Positions 53,301 through 64,000 of a stretch of DNA of 64,000 nucleotides are shown piece after piece. The notes under the pieces were generated by a model, which was not told the origin of the DNA, did no database searches, and was given only the letters and a program-made list of their open reading frames with translations. Source of the stretch: Tubulanus polymorphus (Eukaryota; Animalia; Nemertea); assembly GCF_964204645.1 (NCBI RefSeq), contig NC_134026.1, positions 25,206,150 to 25,270,149 on the forward strand, read 5' to 3'. Each line of letters starts with the position of its first letter. Position 1 is the stretch's first letter. The position numbers were made by a program, and so were the translations under genes.

Positions 53301-56300
53301 GTAGTCACCCGTATCTTCTTTTCAGTTCTGCACGTAATGAACTATGTTCAATAATTCCCAGTGTTCGATGTTTTCCTCGAGTAATGAATGTATTCAGAAA
53401 ATTTAGATCAAACATTTTTCTTGGCCTTTCGAAATCTCTTGCATTTTTTAGTTGGTGCAGTTTCGTGTTGATAATGCTACGAAGAGAAAATTGTCACTGA
53501 AATACGCTACTTGTTTGTTTTCGATTAATTGCGGAACGTCAGGACTGTCTATAGATTACGCTGTCACTGAGTCGTTGTCATCGATAGATGTGTTTTTGCT
53601 CTATTCAGTCTAGAAAGTCGACAGCCTACGGTTGGATTTCATTCGTTACAAATGAATCTCCTTAAATAAGGGTAATAGCGGTTCTTCGGATTTAATTGGC
53701 AATTTCTGGTGGCTTGCATGCTGCGAATAACGTTACCATCGCGTTCCAACGTCTTCATCAAAAATATATAATCACACACTTGAATATATGGATGTCAAAA
53801 AGCCCTTAAGTGATCTGAATTACTTCGAAAACACTCAGCAAATACTCGCTAGATGACGGTTTGAGAATCCATAGTATGTCTATAACTTTGGCTAAGGCTT
53901 CATGCAATGTCATACGTAGAAAGGTTGCTTGTCGTTCGGTGGACGAGATCATGGCTGTGTCAATACGTCCTGCATCTAAATCACATAAGCGTTCTAACGA
54001 TTTATCCACGGTGTCAGTATCATGTTATTATGTAGAATGTTTATGATTCAATTAAGACCGATTATCGAATTCGAAGAATTGTACATCGAAGAAATGTTAC
54101 ATTATCTCTTGCGTCGCACGTCATATATACACATATACAACTCGCTTGGATAGAAACATTTCATTGATATCAAAAGGAAGCAGTATTTTCAAAATATTGA
54201 CCCCTTTCGATGTAAGCACACCGTAAGCGATGCATTTAACACCATAGGCTACATTTGATCCAATAATGTCATTGACCCATCGTCTATATTTGTGCAGTGA
54301 GTAAGTGTGGGTGGCAGTATCCAGTTTTCTTTCAAATGAATGAATATTTGTGCCATGGATATCCTCAATGCTGTGAGTATTTACCCAAGAGATCCCGTTT
54401 AGTTAACCCGGTGATGTTGTCAACGAGATGCACGCAAGACGACGTGATTAAGTCGGCAAAAACAATGATCCATCACGTATGATAGATGAGCTGATACCGA
54501 AATGTTAAACTCCGGTTTCAAAATCTGTTCATGCGAAATCCGTAGCAGCCGATCGGAAATTACTTTTCTGCAGGGAAATCCGTACCATCAACCGAATCAC
54601 ATAAAACCCATAACGTCAGCGAATATAATGATTCTATATCACTAGCACATACTGTTTTGGTACAGTGTTGAAAATAATGACACCTATAATGCGTTAGTAT
54701 ACTAGATATTTTGCAAAAGATATCATCAGTGAATTTGCACTCAACCCCCTCGAAAGCTATTCCCAGATGTCTCATCTTTTTAAACTTCCTTCGAAGAAAA
54801 AGAAAAATGCACGAATTGATCCAGTCATTCGTTTAATCTGAAAGGAGATGACAGCAGTACATCGTCAATTCTGGCCATTTCGTCAGCGTGGCGCTTCCAT
54901 TTGGAAACCTGAAGGCGCTACGTGACTCCACGAAAAACACGGGTATTTTAGCCAGAACGGTGATTACAGATTCCCGCAGGACGTGCCAAAACCATATTGA
55001 GATGTCGTACGGTTGAAGCTTGGTTGACAATGAAACTAATTAGTTGTTCAGAATTAAGCTTATTGAAGCCTGGTATTTGTTAATCAGTCAGCTTTAGTTA
55101 ACTACGACAGCAGTCTTTGTCTTACACATGACAGTTACCAAAGTGTCGGTGACGCGATGAGCTGCACGTATAAGTATTTTCGTGGTTATACAGACTTGTT
55201 CGTTTAATTAATTGCCAAAAAATATCACGAGAAAGATTCGGTTGGGTTTCGTCAGAAATAGCCACTGATCGTTATGTAAGACATTATAGGCATCTTCATC
55301 AAACAGTCAGTATTCAAAACTCGAATTCGTGGTTTTTAGAGTAAACATTGACGAGCACAGTAGAAAAAAGTCTGTACCATACGTGCCTATTAGGTAGAGT
55401 TTCCCCCTAACCTCCTATCAAAGGAACTTCTACAGTATACTGTAATACTACATTTGGAAATAATGGAAGGGCATTAGCAGATTGATGGTATGATATTCGA
55501 GGCCGCACGTTTTCCGTAATCTTTAGAAGATTGTAGGCAAGATCCTGTTGAACATTCCTTATTTTCGGGGAAATAATAACCCCTCGGTGTATCTTATATC
55601 AATTTTGACTCGACACGAAATTATTGATAAAAAGCATGATGGTTCTACCTGTTCTACCTGTAACCAATTTGATTGAAGCCCACTTCAAGTTTAGAACTGG
55701 AGTGTGAAATAATTGATTCGCGGTGCAAGTATAATGCACAGTAATAAATGCATCCACGGTCCGTGAGATAATTGTCATTATATTGCCTTCAATTCAATGC
55801 CCACTCCAACATATAAAGGTCTACGTTACATTTGCCGAGAGTGAACTTTGCGTTACCCGTTTGGTGAACCTTCATCATCGACGGTGTTGCGATGAATATT
55901 ATATTTCAGTCGTCAGTCTCTTATCGACGTATCTCAGCGATCAACGATCGGCGGTGAACATTTCCCGTCTGCCACGACCACCGAGGGGAAGTGTCTCTAT
56001 AATTAGGCTCTCTGCGGATACGTCCGGACGTACTTCACGTATCGAGTTAATTAATTCATTCATCATCCCATGTCAAAGTCACGCAAGGATCAGAATGAGT
56101 GTTGTATTATGACGGGAGTCTGGGTCATCTTTAGGAGATCCTTTCGTCTTTCTCTCCTGTCGCGTGCATGCTTAAGGTCCTCCGATCAAAGTACAGCATT
56201 AAATCACGGAGTTTTTCTACCAGAAAATCTCCGTACATAATCGCGTTAACGTGTTTCTTAATGGGTTTGTTTTTGGACGACCAAAGCGAAGCCCGTATAC

Positions 56301-59300
56301 ATAAAATTTATCGCCCGTTTTAATGGAGTTAGTTTTGCGCTGACGAATCTTCGCGCTTATCCGGTTTCATTTGTTTAACAGACATTAACTACCGCCGTTG
56401 TCTTTGATTGCTTCGAGGGAAAATGGCGCCTAGAAACGAGATAGGAATGGAATATTCTTAGGTTTAAAAAAACTATCGATTTGCTAGTTTGGTTTTTATC
56501 CAGTGCCCTTTCACAACTGAGAGATTTCTGCATATATCACAGCTTTCAATCTTCAAATAGTTTTATTCTTTGTCTCTACACCTAATCTCAAATGCTCTTC
56601 ACCTCTCCAAATGCTTGCAGCTGAGAGTTATGCACAAGTGGTGTCCATTATGGCAACGCGTAACAGGTGGTATGCGCGTCTCTACCAGCTAGTAAATGAC
56701 TGCGCACAACCTAAACGGCTTGAGTGGAACGAAAAGCAGAAAAACGGCGCAGATTTTATTGTCTTTCATAAATGTTGTAAATATCGCTAATCTACAAAAG
56801 GAGCCAAGCTTTTGTAACTGCGTGAAATTTGTGGAAATTTCAAGATCAAGATGCACATGTCACCGTATCTTGGTAATAGGAATATGAGGTTTGCCATACG
56901 CAGGCCTCCATGACAGACAGGCCCACGAAAAAAGTGACATACATATGTATAATCATTTCAATGATACCTCCACACGGCGCGATCAATATGCGTGGGCCTT
57001 GGTGGATATATAGAAACTATGTAAATCCATTGATTGGCACTCTGTGATGGATTGATAGAACCCACCTTTGACATGATGTCTAAAATCCAATCAAGGCTAT
57101 CTATATCCAGAGCCACGAACCAAAATGAATGATATATCTTTATCTCTCTGATTCTTTCTAGTTGACGACCCAAACAGTCAGGGATACATGTCTATTGTCG
57201 CATTTCCTCATTATTATTTTCAATAATCGAATCGATATTTCAGATGAAACAACCGATCATCGTATGTGGAAGTGCGAATAACAACAACAAATCGTGTGTT
57301 TTTCAAAAGTTTTTTTTATACACTATTTTATTGTCTTTATGTGGAGTTCATAGCGGTGTAATAGCTAAAATGCGTGTCTGTAGCTAGTGTAAAAGGATGC
57401 AGGGCATAAAACGGCGGTAACTCGACGAACTATAGTTTATGCTACCATTGGCACCTTCCGCCATTTGGTAGTTTTCTTGGCAGACGATGTCGATCTCCCC
57501 GGACGAAACTAACCAATTCGGCATAAAACCATGTTGTCGTTACAGCAGGTAATCATGATTGATATTATTCGCGTCGCAAGTAAACATTTCCGACAGTAAT
57601 TTCTGACGCATTTTAGTATGACTGCAACTTCTAAAAGATGTAGCTTAAACGGTGTCTTGGGATCACTGTCAAGCTTGGGTTTTTTGCTGATAGTTGCGCA
57701 TTGTATTTTACCTAGAAGCGGGAAACATCTGCGCATTCCGTAGAAGAACGTAGTTTTCCCAATGTGAATGGAAACAACGGGTACGAAAACACAGGTTTCC
57801 ACTTATTCGCTTTATACCGTGCAATAGGCTCAATAATCATGCGATAATTCTGTTATAAATATTTGATTAAGATTGACGGTTTAAAGGTTCAGAACCTGCT
57901 AAAATGACTCGACTTACGTACATCGTAGCAATCTATTTGATCGAGTACGTGGGGATAGAAATGATCCATGCACCTAAATAGGTTTCTAATATCCATCCTG
58001 CGATTTTATGATATTGTTTATTGAGTCAAAGTTTTACATAACTTATGTGACATATGTTATTGGACGGATCAATGATCATTATTGATTCAGTATATCGAAA
58101 TCCATTTTAACTTTTATGTGAAATGATACGGATTGAATATCACTCTTGTTGACCTCCAAGCTGCCTTGAAAAGTATTGTATATAATTGGTAATAGAAGAC
58201 AATTTGAACTGCGTATCATATATTGATCTATTGATAGTATATATCCGACACTTTGTATAATGGGCTAATCGATTATAATGGACTATGACGAAATTACAGC
58301 GAGTTACATATGCTACTTTCGCATTGCAAATGGATAACGATGGCTTGCAGCTGTATGATTTGTGACTATGTGTCCCATATTACATTAGACTAGGTCCTGA
58401 AAAGTCTATTATTGATACTTATCCATCTAATGCTCCTCTACAACGTAAAGGAGATGACAGCGAAGCAAATTATAGTTATAACATTTGTAATTACGATAAT
58501 ATTACTACGATCATTATTTTGGCTGTTGATTACATGGCTAATCCACTGACAGATTCTAATTTTTCGCTACGGATCACCTACTTACAATAACGAAGGTTCG
58601 CTATTTATTTTATACCTCATTTATGTCTCATTAATACCATGCGATTATAATTGCTCATAAATACAAAAGCTATTCAATGCTACCTCTTGTCAGATACAAT
58701 GTCACATCGTAACATATTTAGCCGTCATATCATATCTACTTATCCCCTTGATAGGAGCTGCTTTTGATAATTGAAACTCTCGCCGAGACGGAAGGAGAGA
58801 CAGGAAAATCTGGTTGATCCTGTATGTGCCGTTGAAAGAAATCCAATAAGGCTTCCGTATCGTTCATATTTCAATCTGATCGTTTTAATTTTAACAACAC
58901 GTTAAAACACATCAAAAACATTTTGAAATAGCTCTACACTAAGTTAAATCTAGCCAATCCTACGGTGCACGCCAAAAAGGACAAATGATTTGTTATTTCA
59001 GCGCGGTCGCTAGAGCGGAATTCCGTTTTGATTACCACAACCATTTTTTTATTTGAGCTGGATTTTTGGGCTCTATAGCACCCTCATTTACTTATGGGAA
59101 ATTAGAAATTGTAGCCCGGTCAGCTACCATACGATCCAATCACATCACATCAAGCAGAGGAATATTCATGCAGATTTTTTTTTGATTCGTAATTCACATT
59201 CTAAATTACACTGGAGCAGTGTTGTGTCGTGTACTGAGTATGCATTGATTGAATGGCTGCCTTTGAAGTCCCCATGCAAATAAATCGAGAGTAATTATGC

Positions 59301-62300
59301 AAAGGAAAATCGTCTAATTCAATGGATCCAGTCGTCTGTGGATGCTCTCTTATGGAAAATAATTGTTTGTTTTCAGCTTCCATATTTGCATGAAATGACT
59401 TTCGTTGTCACCTCGCTTTCTTTGAACTGTAACGGCTCATGAATTTACATTGAAAAACAAAAGAAACTCGAAATCTCATTACGCAACTTTTTGAAATACT
59501 GGAATACGGCCAGGATTTTATCATGAAGCGTTTACATGTTGGATGGAATAAGCTTCTTAAAGCCTAACGAACTGGACGAATTGGTTGGTCACTACTTGAA
59601 CTCGTTATTGCTCAAAGTTTTATTTTTCGCGTAATCCTATATTCTCAATACGCACATATTGGTATGTTTGAACGCTTTACCCCAAACGTAACGCATCATT
59701 AATTTCCCGCGAGAAACGTCCATTAAATATCCTGCAATAATTAATGATAGAAATGTTGATCTCAGTGGTATTCTAAGCACTATTGGGTATTCGGTGTTTA
59801 ATTGAAACGATACATTTAAACTGGTGGGACGGGTTCTAAATGGCGCGCAAAATTGCAACGGTAATGGGCGTGTCGAATCTGAAAAAATTGCCATGTACTT
59901 CTACGGTCGATTGTCCATACCAATATAGGAGGTTGAAAAACGTTCCGGGGAGTTCGGTCTTTGATTTGCTTCATTAAAGGCTCAACCGTGCACGGGAAAT
60001 TATGAATAAAAGCAATTAACCTGCATGGTGACGAAACAGAAATAAACAACGAGCATAAAGATTAGGTCACTTCGACTTGCATTTATTTGCCAAGTCGAAT
60101 GGACCTATCCTGCAAAGTGATACGGACCCGAATCTTCAGTTTTAGGCCTTTACCTGCAAATTATCCATTCACCTATAAGACACGTTACATCGAGAATGTC
60201 GACAAGATAACATGCAAATAACATGGAATCTAGCGAAACTACTTCCTGTAATCTGTCCAAGGGGCAGGATATTGTCAGCGTTTTAAACACTAGTCATGGA
60301 TGAAGACGTGAGTGATGATAGTAGCTGAGAATCAATGAAATTTCATGTGGGAAAATCGTATATCGGCTTTGCATATCTCTATGAAATGATATATGAACCA
60401 ATATCGAGAAACTTGAAGAATCGGGCGTTTTAGCACGCACATCGCCAGTAAAGTCAATTTCAGTTGATAATTAGTTTTGCTACGATAGCAATTATTCTAT
60501 CACCCCGTTACGACAATGATCTTACGGGACGGTTAATTCTTTGCAACGGGTTTTTTTTTCTTAAAATGAGGGCGTTTGCGATATTTCCCATTAATAATCA
60601 AATCAGCATTCTAAGGGATGCAATTTCACTATCTCGCAGCTGCAACTGTGAGGATTATTTCGTTTACATTTCTTTCAGTGATAAGCAACTCGTAGTTTCG
60701 GTTAAGTTAAGCGAAAGCTTACCAGAAAAACACAACTTTTGCTGCGGATTATGTTCCAATGTTTGAGATTCTTAAACAGGCCATTTCTTTTGAATGTCAC
60801 CGATTACTTCCACTCAGTGGATTCGTCATTTTCAGATATTCTCTCTTGAATCGATTCTGTAATCAGTCCTATAGCGATGGCTGATTTTTGGAAGGTTGTT
60901 GCACGAATCGCGTTCATGTTTATGTGATGGATTACGGATTTTTATGTATACAAACTAATAACCGATATCAACGTTAAGTGATATTTGAACGAGTAGTTCA
61001 TTTCGGTTAGCAACGACAAGTTGTGACATTCATAAATTCAATTTCCTGTCAACGATGGTTACATAGTGTAGAAGGTTATGTTTAGGAAACGTAAGATTAT
61101 GAAGTTATTGTAATCAATCAAACACGCGTTGCTATATTCTGTTAATGGTCTTCTCCGAGATAACCATAACCGCCTTCCAATTAGATAGATAGATGCAACA
61201 GACGCCAGGAGTAAAATAGATGTAACTAGAAGCGAAGGAGAAAGGATATACCTAACGTTGCAGGGAACCGGAAGTGACATCAATATTCTATCATCTACAG
61301 TGAGAAAATGGAAATCGATCGCACCGTTCTGCATCAACTAGAGTAACTTAAAATGCACATTTAGTGAAACTTCTCTCGGAGAAACACTTATTATGCAACC
61401 GGTTTGAAGTATATGTCGTAAGTGTGCTACAGCGTTGCATAACCGTTAGTGAACAAAACTGAAGAACACGCAAAAACCGAAGGCAAACACTTTTAACGGC
61501 ATTGACGTTCTACGTAAAGTTATCTCTTAAATCGTGTTCATGTAAATTCATGAAAAACGACGTTTTTATTTATGACACATTAAGAGAGGTTGAGAGGTGT
61601 ATATTTTAGTAGTGAAATAGAAGATGTCGAAGAAAAACACTGAAACATACAGAAACGAAACATGATAAAATAAATGGAATGTTTTCAGTAGAACTAAATT
61701 CATTTTGGCGCAGACACCAGACATTCTATGTAAATTTTCTGTATTATAATTCATCTAGAGGGATTGATGATTAAACATTTGCCCCTCGAGGTATCTTAAC
61801 TCATGTAGTTTGTAACCTGCGGAAAACACTTCTAGTATCGTCTTGGGCAAATAACAGCCGGGTGCAAGAATTCGGTAAATGCTAATAATAAAGAAAGTTC
61901 GGTCCCTCGGAAGGAATTAGTTGGCGACGACTGAAGAATTTCTACATTAGTACGACGCGTTTCGCCGTCGTAATATACGAATTACACAGCCACGTAACTG
62001 GTAAATAAATTTACACCAGAAAATGGAGATTCGATTATGTAAGCCGAAAGTCGATCATAATTTTTTCTATGTCTGCTCATCGTATTTGAGGAGGTTTTTC
62101 AGGACGACAGGAAAGATTTTCACTTCTTTTGCACACTTTTGAATCTAATTATACGGGGAATTTGGAACAATCGATTCAATCGAGGAACAGCTTCTAAACC
62201 CCTGTCTACTCCTTGTAAGATTTACGCCGTGACTACCCGAAACAGCGCCGCCCATTTCATTTCTCGCTTCTTGATTAATCACGGGAGGTCGAATAAAATT

Positions 62301-64000
62301 TCCAGAGACATGAGAAATTCGTGTAACGCATGATGAGACAGAACAGATATGTTTCTCGTTCAATGTAGATTTCTATAAATCCTTGACTGAATGTCAAATC
62401 TAATATGATTAATCCAAATAAAACTTACGATCCAATGTCTAGAGAATACACACAATTTCGTCACAATTTCTATTCATTTATAAGTTCTGTTTTTGCGCAC
62501 GCATTAGAACCACCTGTTTAGACCTTGCAAGAAAGAAGTAGGAAATTCACAAGGGTAACTTGTTTTTTAGTTAATCGTTGCGACATTGAGCCTCTTTCGT
62601 TGATCTCACGTCAGACGCTAACGGCAGACTGCAAATTAAACGAATATGCGATTTCCCGAATGAAATATTGCCACTTGGGAATCTCAGGTAGAAACATTAA
62701 ACGTGGTATAACCGCGGCTTTGTTCCGATTATAAATGCATTATCACATAAATCTTCCACACATAGCGCAGTTAGAGTGTGATTCGTGACTATCAAGAATT
62801 CTACGATCTAGTTAGCAAACTAAAAGATAAACCAATTGATATCCTTATTGGGCATGGACGCTGTTCTAGAAATTTATACTTTCGGAATTTTCTTTTAAAT
62901 ATTATGTCGTGTTAACACAGCAGGTCTGATGGGTCGTCATCGTGATCGTTTGTCTTCATAAATGAAACATTAAACTATGTTGCACGTTAACTACTTGGAT
63001 TTAAATGATAATAGTCCCGGCAGAGATTAGTCGCTTACGAAGTGAATATTTAGTTTAAAAAAACAAATTGCTACGTGAAGTTCCTCTCATCAGGAATCTG
63101 TCGGGATGTTAATGCGTTTTAAAGCACGTCAGGCAGCTAGTAAAGAATGCATTAACACTTACTCTTGATAAGAGGCAATGGACAGAGAACATCGGTATCG
63201 GCATTCTTTGGGCATTCCCCTCGATGTAATTAGATTTAGCTCAGAGCCACGAGGGAAAATTAAGAAGCGTTAATTGCCTGGCGGCAGACTTTTTGGCACG
63301 AAGTTCCCGTCACGCGTCTTCTGTACCTCAAACGAGAGAAATGTCTTTGAAAGGGACTTCTCCTTAGATGTACTAGAAAAATAGCCCCGAAATGACGCAA
63401 CACTTTGTGCTAACACGGGATAATTGAGTCGTAGCGTAGTATAGTAGTGATTGGCTTAAAGAATCACAGATGTAGTATAGCTTTAAAGGAAGCGTCATGG
63501 ATATAGGACCAAGAAATCTAATCCTGATCGCTTATTGAATGCATGAAAAATAGCATATATTGCTTGATATTGTCGACAATGAATAACTACGGGGGCGTCT
63601 TAGGGACATGATTCGAAATTTTTTTAAACCATTCTGTCTGCGATTTTGTCTTCCTCCTGGATTCATCATTTTTCGAAACGGTTTTTCTGCGATTTTATTT
63701 TTGATAACGATTTTATCGTGTGAGCCCTTACCAATGCGCATTAAGAAAGAAATGACCATTTTCAATTTTTGTTCTTATTCGTGTCTATGAAAAAAAAGAA
63801 TTCAATTGAGCTCATCGTTTTTGACTTCCAAATGTGTATAGATTAAGTATGAAATGTCACGGAAGAATTGACGATAAAATTGTATTTGATTAATTTGTTC
63901 ATACAAAAATTTCGATAATTTTCGTTTCGAAATATCGAATTAAGGCGCCACTAGTTGAGGATAAAAATACACATATATATAGGTCACCAAGACTGAAAGA

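Noticed and set aside
61951-61990. Minus-strand GGCGAAACGCGTC resembling the 3' half of a minimal hammerhead
   Set aside because: No CUGANGA box at the required position upstream of a stem II.
26847-63790. Numerous 60-130 aa ORFs in the distal region
   Set aside because: Random-like composition, no recognisable motifs and no consistent exon chains; expected by chance.

Overview
Eukaryotic, AT-rich invertebrate-type genomic DNA (probably a spiralian such as a mollusc, annelid or nemertean; inferred from the gene families, species not determinable). It has many short GT-AG introns and no prokaryotic features. The first 24.3 kb holds five intact, hand-spliceable + strand genes, all with signal peptides: two paralogous PAN/apple-like plus uncharacterised-domain genes (826-2046, 8074-9554); a 17-exon secreted 2x(VWD-C8-TIL) FCGBP/zonadhesin-like gene with five two-Cys micro-exons (2614-6988); a two-domain thyroglobulin type-1 (thyropin-like) gene (10725-11499); and a ~38-exon, internally duplicated, membrane-anchored VWDE-like gene with LamG/ConA-like domains, a furin site and a YDNPAY tail (13410-24300). 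Just past the stop codon of the first gene is an inverted repeat containing a minimal hammerhead ribozyme motif of the Penelope-like-element type. The remaining ~40 kb has no recognisable coding sequence, only MITE-like relics, a GC-rich foldback and weak evidence for a spliced minus-strand transcript. Exon models were built by eye and need RNA-seq confirmation.
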